From positions 87,306-151,305 of the forward strand of contig CAZULS010000002.1 of assembly GCA_964621395.1 (NCBI GenBank): DNA of 64,000 bases, read 5' to 3'. Positions 31,174 to 40,598 of the stretch are shown here, piece by piece. The position numbers and the translations under genes were made by a program. The DNA comes from an uncultured Candidatus Saccharibacteria bacterium (lineage in GTDB: Bacteria > Patescibacteriota > Minisyncoccia > Phycocordibacterales > JACNGX01). A model generated the notes under the pieces. The model did not search any database and was not told the DNA's origin. It saw only the letters and a list, made by a program, of their open reading frames with translations. Each line of letters begins with the position of its first letter. The stretch's first letter is position 1.

Positions 31174-32895
31174 ATGACCGACATATCCACATCACGTATT
31201 CAGCTCATATTTATTCTTTTCTGCGCATTGGCGCTTGTTTTTGTTGCGCGGCTTTTTCATGTGCAGATTATTCACGGTGCTGATTTCAGAAAAGAAGGAG
31301 AGGGGCAATATGTGCAAACGGTGTCAGATCGTTTCGACAGAGGAACAATTTATTTCACCCCAAAGGATGAGGACGAACCACCTTTCCCCGCCGCGACACT
31401 CAACTATGGCTATCGCGTGATTATGGATCCTTCGAAGGTGGAGTATCCGGGAGAATCATGTGAAGCACTCGAGAATATTATCCTCGAGCTTTCCTATGAA
31501 ACATGTGTCGCACACACACAAAAACACAACGATCAATATGAGCTCTTGGCAGAGGGATTGAATCAGAGGGATGCTGATTTGATTCATGATATAGACGATA
31601 AAGGTATCGGTGCATATCGGTATAGTTGGCGTTTTTATCCGGGCGGATCGTTGGCGTCGCATGTACTTGGTTTTGTTGGCTACAGTGGTGACACTCTTGG
31701 TGGTCGCTATGGTCTCGAGCGGCAGTATGATGCGGCTCTCAGGCGAACGAGCGAGAGCGTGCAGGTGAATTTCTTTGCCGAACTGTTTTCAAATATCGCC
31801 GACAGTATTCTGTATGCCGACAAGGAACGCGAAGGAGATATTGTCACATTCATAGAACCAACGGTGCAGGGGTTTGTTGAAGATGTTTTGGACGATGTGG
31901 GTGATGCTTGGAAATCCGAAAGCGGCGGTGCTATTGTTGTTGATCCCAATACCGGAAGTATCCATGCTATGGCGGCATTTCCTACGTTTGATCCCAATGC
32001 CTATGGAGAAGAGGATACGGTGTCGGTGTTTGCGAACCCTCTTGTAGAACGTGTGTATGAAATGGGCTCTATTGTGAAGCCGCTCACGGTGGCGGCAGGA
32101 CTCGATGCGGAAGCAATAACCGCAGAGAGCACGTATGATGACACGGGGAGTATCACACTCGACGGCTATACCATCGGCAATTACGACGGCAAAGCGCGCG
32201 GAGTGGTGGATATGCAAGAGGTGTTGAGTCGTTCGCTCAATCTCGGTGTTGCACATATTGTGAGTGAAATGGGGAATGATGTCTTTGCCGAGTATATGCG
32301 TGCATTCGGTATCGACGAAGAAACCGGTATCGATTTGCCCGGAGAAGTACATGGCTTGGCGGATAATCTCGATAGCAGTCGTGATATTGAATTTGCCACT
32401 GCTTCTTTCGGGCAGGGGATTGCCATGACGCCAATTGAAGCAACAATGGCACTCTCAGCTCTCGCAAACGGTGGCGTGCTTCACGCTCCGCTTGTTGTCG
32501 ATAGGATTATGTATCCTGGCCGTCCGGATAAACATATGTATCCTGATGATGGGCGGCAGGTGATCTCGGAAGCAGCTTCGGAAGAGATTACGCGAATGTT
32601 GGTGCGTGTTGTCGATGAAGCGCTTGCCGACGGTACGGTTGCATTACCGCATCACTCAATTGCCGCTAAAACCGGTACAGCACAGATTCCTGATCCGGAG
32701 AATGGCGGGTATTATGAGGACAGGTATCTCCACTCCTTTTTCGGATACTTCCCGGCATATGACCCGCAATTTTTGGTCTTCCTCTATCATGTGTATCCCA
32801 AAGATGTGGATTATGCATCACAAACACTCACGGATCCATTCATGGACATCGTGAAGTTCCTGATTACGTATTACGATATCGCACCGGATCGGTAA
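31174..32895 (+). CDS. class B penicillin-binding protein (FtsI/PBP2 family)
   Basis: N-terminal TM, GSIVK (SxxK), SLN (SxN), KTGTAQ. Confidence 0.93.
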   Translation: MTDISTSRIQLIFILFCALALVFVARLFHVQIIHGADFRKEGEGQYVQTVSDRFDRGTIYFTPKDEDEPPFPAATLNYGYRVIMDPSKVEYPGESCEALENIILELSYETCVAHTQKHNDQYELLAEGLNQRDADLIHDIDDKGIGAYRYSWRFYPGGSLASHVLGFVGYSGDTLGGRYGLERQYDAALRRTSESVQVNFFAELFSNIADSILYADKEREGDIVTFIEPTVQGFVEDVLDDVGDAWKSESGGAIVVDPNTGSIHAMAAFPTFDPNAYGEEDTVSVFANPLVERVYEMGSIVKPLTVAAGLDAEAITAESTYDDTGSITLDGYTIGNYDGKARGVVDMQEVLSRSLNLGVAHIVSEMGNDVFAEYMRAFGIDEETGIDLPGEVHGLADNLDSSRDIEFATASFGQGIAMTPIEATMALSALANGGVLHAPLVVDRIMYPGRPDKHMYPDDGRQVISEAASEEITRMLVRVVDEALADGTVALPHHSIAAKTGTAQIPDPENGGYYEDRYLHSFFGYFPAYDPQFLVFLYHVYPKDVDYASQTLTDPFMDIVKFLITYYDIAPDR

Positions 32896-32973
32896 GTTAG
32901 AAGTTAGAGACTAGAAGTTAGAAAAAAGGAAACAACAAGCGGCGCTCCTTTCAGGAGCGCCGCTTGTTGTTTT

Positions 32974-33155
32974 GTGACGGGAATCGTCCCGCAGTCACTA
33001 AGTAAAATGCTCCGGGCACTCGCATTTTACAAAGTGCTGCTGGACGCGGCTCGCAGCCCCGCAAGAGCGGGGACCCGCTGCTCCGCCGTTCGACTCCCCG
33101 TAGGGCCTACAAAACGCAACGACACCGAAGGCATGCTTCGGTGTCGGCGTTATTG
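32974..33155 (-). repeat. tRNA-Glu fold-back repeat plus conserved core
   Basis: inverted copy of tRNA 3' end at 33088-33107; core matches 22502-22601. Confidence 0.8.
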
Positions 33156-33227
33156 TGACCCTACGGGGAATCGAACCCCGGTTTTATCCGTGAGAGGGAT
33201 ACGTCCTAGCCGCTAGACGATAGGGCC
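33156..33227 (-). tRNA. tRNA-Glu(CTC)
   Basis: ggccctatcgtctagcggctaggacgtatccctCTCacggata...ggttcgattccccgtagggtca. Confidence 0.96.
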
Positions 33228-33557
33228 ATATTACATTGTTGTTACAGAGCCGCTAGCCCCGATATTGCCCAAATCTTTGATTTGGCTGCAATATCGTGGG
33301 TCCTCGGTGGTGCGACCAAGCTATGCTTGGGCACCACCGGGAACGATAGGGACATATTGCAACGTGTGGATTATTGTAATACAAAAAAAGAAAAAGGGCA
33401 ATAGAAGAAGCCCCGACAAGTCGGGGCTTCAACTTTTTTTGATGTACATACACATAGTTTTTTGTGAGAAAATTAATTAATTTTTATGAGAGAGCAAAAA
33501 TACCGCGTGAGCGGCACTTTTTAATCTCCTAACATTTAACCTCCTGATTTCCTAATA

Positions 33558-34142
33558 TCAAAACGGCAACGTGTAATTCATCGCATTGCGCTCGTTTTCT
33601 CCGCGGCTCTCCCAATCGGATGTGTCGAGAGGGAATTCCTTTGTGGTGCCGAGCTCGGTGTATTTGAGTGATTTGTTCTCAAGTGCGTATTCATACACCT
33701 CTTTGGTGATACGTACATCTTCTTCGCAGTACTGCCTGATTTTTTCAATTTCACCGTCTTTCCACCACTGAATCGCTTCAAGGCCATGACCGATTTTGTT
33801 TTTTCCGAGTGTGCCTTCGGCAATAGCATCAAGACGAATGCGTTTACCAAGCGATTCTTTTATCTCCACAAGAAGATCAAGTGACGGGATAGCCGTAAGA
33901 TCACCCGGATAATATTTATTGAGAAGGGGAATATCGAAGTGGTCGGAGTTGTATCCAATAAGAAGTGATGTCTCTTCAAGTGTTTTCCAGAGCTTAGGGA
34001 GTTCGTCTTCAGTGTAGCTCGTGTATGCATCGGTGTCGTAATCGTAGATGACGAGGAGAGAGATGGAGAGTGCCGCCGGGTCATTTGAGCCAACGCTTTG
34101 AAACGTGTTTTGTGTCTCAATGTCGAAAACAATTTTTTTCAT
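33558..34142 (-). CDS. RNase H-like (DEDD/YprB-type) exonuclease domain protein
   Basis: VFDIET, GYNSDHFD, YCEEDV. Confidence 0.88.
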   Translation of the reverse strand: MKKIVFDIETQNTFQSVGSNDPAALSISLLVIYDYDTDAYTSYTEDELPKLWKTLEETSLLIGYNSDHFDIPLLNKYYPGDLTAIPSLDLLVEIKESLGKRIRLDAIAEGTLGKNKIGHGLEAIQWWKDGEIEKIRQYCEEDVRITKEVYEYALENKSLKYTELGTTKEFPLDTSDWESRGENERNAMNYTLPF

Positions 34143-34291
34143 TGCATTATGATACCATATCGGGTACAAAGTACGAATATATACGAACATACGAAGATAG
34201 GGTTGTTTCGGAAAATGAATTGCAGGGTATACATTGTGTTCGTATGTTCGTACTCGTTCGTAGTTCGTAACCTGTGATATACTAATACCTA

Positions 34292-35287
34292 ATGACACTA
34301 CTCATCGCTGCAATCATTTTTATTGTCTCGCTCGCCGTTTTGGTCAAAGGGTCCGACTGGCTTCTTTCCGGCGCCGAAAAGGTCGGCCTCTCGCTCGGCC
34401 TCTCGCCATTTGTTATCGGTGTGATTTTGGTTGGCGTGGGTACTTCTTTTCCTGAACTTATGTCGGGCTTGGCGGGTGTGTTCTCGGGTATTCCGGAAAT
34501 CGTGGTGGCAAATGCCACAGGGTCAAATATTGCCAATATTCTTCTCGTTGTGGGAACGATTACGGTTATTGCACGGCACATTGAAATCGTTCGCGATCTC
34601 ATAGCTCTCGAATTGCCGCTCCTTGCTCTCTCCACGTTTCTCTTTCTCGGTAGTGTGTACGACGGAGAAATAACACTCGTTGAAGCTATTATCCTGTGTG
34701 TAGCATATGGCGTGTATATGGTGTACTCGCTTTCTTCCGGAGAAGCCGGGGCGAGTATTGCGGCTGTGGAGAAGACAGCCGAGCTCAAAGAGAAAGTGGA
34801 AGAGAAGGAAACCGGATTTTCACAGTTTATGAACGGTCTCTATTCACTGAAGGACTACGGTCTGTTGCTTCTTGGTGCAGTTGCTGTGTATTTCGGCGCA
34901 TCGTATTTAGTTGATTCTGTTATTGCGCTTTCTGCCATACTCAATATCGCGCCGGGTATTATTTCCATGTCGGCGATTGCACTCGGCACATCACTTCCGG
35001 AACTCATTGTCTCAGCACGTGCGATTACCCTCGGAAAGACAGAAGTTGCAATCGGCGGTATTCTCGGTTCCAATGCATTCAACGCGCTTATGGTGGTGGG
35101 TATCCCGGGACTTTTTACAGCACTTCCCGTGGGTGAACAAACGCTCATTGTCGGTGTCCCTGCTATGGCATTAGTAACGCTCATCTTTATTATCTCCACA
35201 GTCTCAAGGAGACTCTATCACTGGGAAGGTATGATGTTTCTTCTTGCGTATGTCTTTTTCGTACTGAAACTTTTTGCAGTGATTTAA
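34292..35287 (+). CDS. calcium/sodium antiporter (YrbG family)
   Basis: duplicated GTSxPE and GSN alpha repeats. Confidence 0.93.
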   Translation: MTLLIAAIIFIVSLAVLVKGSDWLLSGAEKVGLSLGLSPFVIGVILVGVGTSFPELMSGLAGVFSGIPEIVVANATGSNIANILLVVGTITVIARHIEIVRDLIALELPLLALSTFLFLGSVYDGEITLVEAIILCVAYGVYMVYSLSSGEAGASIAAVEKTAELKEKVEEKETGFSQFMNGLYSLKDYGLLLLGAVAVYFGASYLVDSVIALSAILNIAPGIISMSAIALGTSLPELIVSARAITLGKTEVAIGGILGSNAFNALMVVGIPGLFTALPVGEQTLIVGVPAMALVTLIFIISTVSRRLYHWEGMMFLLAYVFFVLKLFAVI

Positions 35288-35352
35288 AATTTTCGCTAGG
35301 ACGGACCTGGCTACTTAAGCTCTGGTCCGTCCTAGCGAAATGAAACGTGTAT

Positions 35353-36033
35353 ATGTCGATAGTGCTGATTGATAAACCGGAAGGCATCTCTTCTTTTGAT
35401 TGTATTCGGATACTGCAACGCCGAATAAAAGAAGAAGGAAAGGGAAAAGTAAAAATAGGACATGCAGGCACATTGGATCCAGCGGCGAGTGGCTTGCTTA
35501 TCATTGCCACGGGAAGCGACACAAAAAAGCTTACCGACTTTTTGAAATTGCCAAAAGAGTATGTTGCCGATGTACTCCTTGGTGTTGCGACGGATTCCGG
35601 CGATTCTGAAGGAAAGGAGATTGCACGTGTGGCACCGGAAGAATGCGGCGTGTCGGAAGAAGAGGCGAAAGAGGCTCTCCTAGGAATGGTGGGCACATTG
35701 ACGCTTCCGGTGTCGAAATATTCGGCGATAAAACAGGGCGGGGAAGCGCTGTATAAAAAGGCGCGTCGTGGTGAGGAGGTGGAGGCACCATTGCGGGAGA
35801 TGGTCGTGCATGAAACGGAACTCCTCGGTCTTTCAGAGCGAGAAGATGGATATAAAGTGGCACGTGCGCATTTCGATGTGGAAAGCGGCGTATATATTCG
35901 CTCGCTTGGTGAAGAATTGGGAAAGTGTTTGGGGTGCCCCGCGTCGCTTGTGTCACTCAGACGAACACGAATTGGTGATATGAGCGTGGAGGATGCGGAA
36001 GGCCCGGATGAAATTGATATCTCGGATATATGA
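35353..36033 (+). CDS. truB: tRNA pseudouridine(55) synthase
   Basis: KIGHAGTLDP, YSAIK, GVYIRSL, LRRTRIG. Confidence 0.95.
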   Translation: MSIVLIDKPEGISSFDCIRILQRRIKEEGKGKVKIGHAGTLDPAASGLLIIATGSDTKKLTDFLKLPKEYVADVLLGVATDSGDSEGKEIARVAPEECGVSEEEAKEALLGMVGTLTLPVSKYSAIKQGGEALYKKARRGEEVEAPLREMVVHETELLGLSEREDGYKVARAHFDVESGVYIRSLGEELGKCLGCPASLVSLRRTRIGDMSVEDAEGPDEIDISDI

Positions 36034-36155
36034 TATACTGGGGGTACGAAGTACGAACGTGTACGAACATACGAAGATTGAGTTGTTTCGGAAAATGAAT
36101 TGCAGGGTATACATTGTGTTCGTATGTTCGTATTTATTCGTAGTTCGTAATAACC

Positions 36156-36431
36156 ATGGACTCTATTGAACAACAACTTGAGACATTGCGTCAAGAGATA
36201 CGAAAAGGATTTTCAGGTATTGATCGCCGACTTTCGGCACTTGAAAAGGAAGAAGAGAATGATGTTATGAATATGACGGAAAAATTTCGTCGTGAGCTCT
36301 ACACATTCACCCAGGAGCTGAAACAACATTTTGAATATTTCTATGATCGGCTCGAAGACAGGGTGGAGGAAGTAAATCGCGACACCGACCGCATCGAACG
36401 TGCGGTGGATCGGATTGAGGATAAGCAATAA
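36156..36431 (+). CDS. hypothetical coiled-coil protein
   Basis: 91 aa, heptad-rich, charged. Confidence 0.6.
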   Translation: MDSIEQQLETLRQEIRKGFSGIDRRLSALEKEEENDVMNMTEKFRRELYTFTQELKQHFEYFYDRLEDRVEEVNRDTDRIERAVDRIEDKQ

Positions 36432-36440
36432 GTACAAAGT

Positions 36441-37520
36441 ATGATGAAGCTTTCATATACAACATGTAGTGAAGATAAGACAATTCCTATTTATTCTGGA
36501 ACTAACGTATTAGGAAATCTAAAAAATCACCTTTCCAACACCGATTTCGATAAACTGGTTATTATCACAGATTCTAATGTTAATGATTTATGGGGAGAAG
36601 CACTGCTTGATGAGTTAGGAGGAATCGAAAAGGAAATGTTTGTTATCCAACCAGGGGAGCTGGCAAAAAGCCTCAATCAATATCAAAGTCTTTGTAATGA
36701 AATACTAAATAAAGAGATTACGAAAAAGACAGTCATTATTGCTTTTGGAGGTGGTGTTGTAGGAAATATCGCTGGTTTTGTTGCGGGAACGTTATTTCGA
36801 GGGATTAAATTTGTCCACATCCCCACGACTATCATGGCTCAGGCTGATAGTACTACTGGCGGTAAGCAGGCAATTAATACGGCTCATGGTAAAAACACTA
36901 TCGGCATGTTTTATGAGCCCGAGTTTATATTGATTGACTTTAATTTTTTAAAAACATTACCAGAGAGAGAAGTGAGAAGTGGTATTGCAGAATGTATTAA
37001 ACATGCGTTATGCCAAGATAAGAGATTATTGGATGAGCTCGAAAAAGGGATGGAGGGAATTTCTTTTCAGGACACAATTCAAAAGACGATATATTTGAAA
37101 TTGAAGACAATCAAAAAAGATCGGAAAGAAATAAATGAAGGCAAGATTCTCGTCTACGGACATACTATCGGACATGCAATCGAAATACTTTCTCACGGTA
37201 CGTTAAATCATGGTGAGGCTGTAAGTATCGGGATGTGTTGCGCCGCAACATTATCTAACGGGCTGGGGATACTCTCTTCTGAGAATAAGGAAAAACATTA
37301 TCGTGTTCTCAGAAAATGGAATTTGCCAACCAAAATTCCGCAGAATATAAAAGTAGAAGAAATCATCGATCGACTTCACTATGATAAGAAAATCAAAGAT
37401 AGTGATATTGAAATGATAGTATTGCGAGATATTGAAAAAGTATATAAAGTACGTGGAAGAGTGGGCTTGTCTATTGATGAAGAAACTCTCAAAAAATCAC
37501 TGGAACTTTGTTATAAATAA
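36441..37520 (+). CDS. 3-dehydroquinate synthase-family sugar-phosphate cyclase
   Basis: GGGVVGN, PTT, GGKQAIN, KNTIG, YGHTIGHAIE, HGEAV; low GC. Confidence 0.85.
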   Translation: MMKLSYTTCSEDKTIPIYSGTNVLGNLKNHLSNTDFDKLVIITDSNVNDLWGEALLDELGGIEKEMFVIQPGELAKSLNQYQSLCNEILNKEITKKTVIIAFGGGVVGNIAGFVAGTLFRGIKFVHIPTTIMAQADSTTGGKQAINTAHGKNTIGMFYEPEFILIDFNFLKTLPEREVRSGIAECIKHALCQDKRLLDELEKGMEGISFQDTIQKTIYLKLKTIKKDRKEINEGKILVYGHTIGHAIEILSHGTLNHGEAVSIGMCCAATLSNGLGILSSENKEKHYRVLRKWNLPTKIPQNIKVEEIIDRLHYDKKIKDSDIEMIVLRDIEKVYKVRGRVGLSIDEETLKKSLELCYK

Positions 37521-37562
37521 CATAAACATAGAAAAGCGCGGTGCCAAAGGCACCGCGCTTTT

Positions 37563-38180
37563 TTACTCCACAAAGGGGACAAACATGTATCCGGGATGTT
37601 CGTGCCGTTCTACTTCGCCGTTCTCATGCTTTATGAGAAGGACGATTGTGTCTTTCACAGGCGCGACGATATGTCCGCCCGGAGCGAGCTGCTCTATCCA
37701 GAAAGCAGGGATGTCTTCCGGGAGTTCAGCCGCGCAGATAATCCTCTGAAATGGTGCCTCCTCAGGTAAACCTTCTTGAGCGCTTTTTTCATGAATAGTC
37801 ACTCTTCCGTCGCTTAAAAAACCGTAGGATTCAATCGCTTTCTTTGACATGTTCGCAAGCTCGGAAACGATTTCCATACCGTGCACATGTCCCTTTTCAC
37901 CGACGATATGTCCGAGGAGTGCACTTTGCCATCCCGATCCAGAGCCGACATCAAGAACAGTGTCGCCCAGCTGCGCCTTGAGAAGCTCAAGCATAAAGAC
38001 GACGGTTTCCGGCTGGGAAATGGTTTGTCCGTAGCCGATTGAAAGAGGGTAGTTTTGGTATGCTTCAAGGCGTTTTTCTTTCGGTACGAATCGTGCACGG
38101 TCAATTGCACGTAAAGCACCCTCAATACGCGGATCGGTGAGAATATTTCGTTCTTTGAGTTGGAGAAGGAGGTGTTCCAT
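37563..38180 (-). CDS. pcm: protein-L-isoaspartate O-methyltransferase
   Basis: GQTISQP, LDVGSGSGW, QLAPGG, FVPF. Confidence 0.95.
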   Translation of the reverse strand: MEHLLLQLKERNILTDPRIEGALRAIDRARFVPKEKRLEAYQNYPLSIGYGQTISQPETVVFMLELLKAQLGDTVLDVGSGSGWQSALLGHIVGEKGHVHGMEIVSELANMSKKAIESYGFLSDGRVTIHEKSAQEGLPEEAPFQRIICAAELPEDIPAFWIEQLAPGGHIVAPVKDTIVLLIKHENGEVERHEHPGYMFVPFVE

Positions 38181-38433
38181 ATAAGCGAATTACGAATCTG
38201 TACGAATATACGAATTACGAATACTTCATTTGTTGTCATTCCGGCCTCTGAGCCGGAATCCAGAGAGTTGTTTCATTACTCACTTCTGCCTGGACCGAGC
38301 ACCACACTTTTGACTTCGTAAAGGACATATTTCTCCCAGTGAAATATCTTACTGACAAGGATATTCATTCTCAGACACATATGTGTGGTGCTCGGTGACG
38401 TGGAAATTTTGGTACTAAGTATTATTTGAGATT

Positions 38434-38715
38434 TTACTTCTCTTCCTCATCCTTTCCCCAGCGCCAGCGTGGAGGTTCGCCCTTCCACCAGGTAATTGAG
38501 ATAAGGAGTATGGCGAGTCCGATGGCAGTGCGTACATATGCCATAACATCTTCTTCAGTGTCGAAAGAAAAGAGAAATGAAGCACCGATGAGACATGTGA
38601 TAAATACTCCATAGACAACCCATCCTTGCCAGGTAAGTGGCAAGTCCCAACCCAATCCGTATCGTTTTGCACGGAACCAGTATACAGGTTCTTTTGAAGA
38701 TTTTTGGATATCCAT
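38434..38715 (-). CDS. small membrane protein
   Basis: WFRAKRYGLGW..PLTWQGW, KGEPPRWRWG. Confidence 0.75.
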   Translation of the reverse strand: MDIQKSSKEPVYWFRAKRYGLGWDLPLTWQGWVVYGVFITCLIGASFLFSFDTEEDVMAYVRTAIGLAILLISITWWKGEPPRWRWGKDEEEK

Positions 38716-38988
38716 AGGAGTGATGAAATAACAAATCACAAAAAACAAATCTCAAATAATACTCAATATCAAAATTCAACACTCAAACCCTTCTTACTGT
38801 CATCCCCCACTCCGTGCCGAGCACTTTTTTCGCTTTGGCGAAAATGGTGCTTGGTGATGCGGGATCTAAGTAGAAGTAAGTGGTTGTTTTGATTTTTAGA
38901 TTCCCGTTCAAGCCGGGAATGACAGCTGATGGATTGATTATTGGGTCATTGGATTTTATTTGTGATTTGGTGCTTGCGATTTGGGATT

Positions 38989-39441
38989 TTAACTGAAGGA
39001 TTCCTCAACCGCCTTTTTCACATCGTTACCGTCCGCGCGGCCCTTGAGATCTTTCATCATCATACCCATCAGCTTGTTGGCCTCGGAGCTGTCGGAAATG
39101 CCAAGCTCTGCTTTTTTCGCTTTCACTGCCGCCACAATCTCTTCCATACTCAATTGCTCGGGGAGATACTCTTGCAAAATCGCCAATTCGCGCTCTTCGC
39201 TTTCGGCAAGCTCCGGGCGACCGCCGTTTCGGAATTGTTCGGCTGCATCTTTGCGTTGCTTTGCCAGGCGGGTCACAACCGCGAGCGCCATTTCGTCGTC
39301 TACTGTGTCGGAAGGCTTTTTCTTCCGGGCAACAAGCTCATTGGTAAACGCTGATGTAATAGAGCGAAGCGTTGTGAGCCGTTCGCTGTCCTTAGCGCGC
39401 ATGGCCGTTTTGATGTCTTCTTTGATGGTGTCGTATAGCAT
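38989..39441 (-). CDS. GatB/YqeY domain protein
   Basis: KTAMRAKD, KQRKDAAEQF, YLPEQLS, GRADG. Confidence 0.93.
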   Translation of the reverse strand: MLYDTIKEDIKTAMRAKDSERLTTLRSITSAFTNELVARKKKPSDTVDDEMALAVVTRLAKQRKDAAEQFRNGGRPELAESEERELAILQEYLPEQLSMEEIVAAVKAKKAELGISDSSEANKLMGMMMKDLKGRADGNDVKKAVEESFS

Positions 39442-39576
39442 AGGATAGGAGGGCCTAAATCATCGCAAGCGACGATCGACCACGTTAGGAGATTAAATAT
39501 TAAACATTAAGAATTATGAATTCAGTATAGCAGGGTTTGGGGGAAATAACATGTCTTTAGGGGTCTGGGGAAGGGC

Positions 39577-39604
39577 TTGACAAAATATTTCATATGTGTA
39601 TAAT
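39577..39604 (+). promoter_or_regulatory. consensus sigma70 promoter with no clear downstream CDS
   Basis: TTGACA-16 nt-TATAAT. Confidence 0.7.
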
Positions 39605-39943
39605 AGACCACAGAAATGAAATTCGTGAGTAAAAGGATATGTGCGGGTGTTATGATTACTTGCTGATATTACGATTTGATATTGCAGTAGTACGATTATC
39701 CGTTGCGTGCCAGGACCGGCAGTCTTCCGGACTTTTCCTCCTCGTACACGGGAAAGACATGTTCTTTTACTCACCCAGTTTTTGTTGTAGTACCTTTTAC
39801 TCTCACCAATGACGCCAACGGTCAGGTGATACAGAGAACAGTTGGGCTCATGCGCTGTACGTTTCGCGGTACGCATGAGTATAACAGCGATAGGCTGTGC
39901 TTGGATAAGCGACCCCTAAGCACAAGCCGAAAAGAGCGGTCGC

Positions 39944-39973
39944 CCCCGGGTTTTCCACCCGGGGTTCTTTTTT
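39944..39973 (+). terminator. intrinsic terminator
   Basis: ccccggg-ttttcca-cccgggg-ttctttttt. Confidence 0.75.
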
Positions 39974-40027
39974 ATTGGTGTGTAAATACTTGCCCAAGTA
40001 TCGTATATTGCATATACTGCATAGCGT

Positions 40028-40564
40028 ATGGCTGATGAATTGATTGATATATACGACGAGCACAATGAGCCGACAGGGGTGCAAGAGATGAAAAGCGTCG
40101 CGCACCGTGATGGTTTGTGGCATCGAGCGGCTCATGTGTGGATGTACACTAAGAAAGGAGAAATACTCCTTCAGTTGCGTTCCATGGATAAAGAACTGCA
40201 CCCTGGGAAGTGGGATATTTCTGTGGGGGGGCATATCGGTGCTGGAGAAGATGTTGACAAGGCGGCACTGCGAGAAATAAAAGAAGAGATTGGCATGGAG
40301 GTAAGCATGGAGCAGCTTTCCTACTGGAAGACAGTGAAGAAATCTTCGAAACATACGTATCACAATAATGAATTTGATTACGTCTATTTTTTTCTCTTAA
40401 GAGAAGATCAGGAGTTTAATTTCAATGATGGAGAAGTAACCGATGTACGGTTAATACACGTTGACAAACTGGAAGAAGAAATAAAAAGCGACAATGAAGA
40501 CTATGTTCCTCATGGACAATACTGGTTTGACGTCATTGAAGAAGTACGAAAAAGAATTTCTTAA
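40028..40564 (+). CDS. NUDIX hydrolase (IPP isomerase-like)
   Basis: HRAAHVW, LLQLRS, GGHIGAGE..AALREIKEEIG. Confidence 0.9.
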   Translation: MADELIDIYDEHNEPTGVQEMKSVAHRDGLWHRAAHVWMYTKKGEILLQLRSMDKELHPGKWDISVGGHIGAGEDVDKAALREIKEEIGMEVSMEQLSYWKTVKKSSKHTYHNNEFDYVYFFLLREDQEFNFNDGEVTDVRLIHVDKLEEEIKSDNEDYVPHGQYWFDVIEEVRKRIS

Positions 40565-40598
40565 TTTCCTAATTTTTAATCTCCTATTCTCCTAATGT

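Noticed and set aside
39727-39742. RNase P RNA-like GAGGAAAAGTCC on the minus strand
   Set aside because: Extra A versus GAGGAAAGTCC, and no downstream P4-closing motif or GC-rich helices
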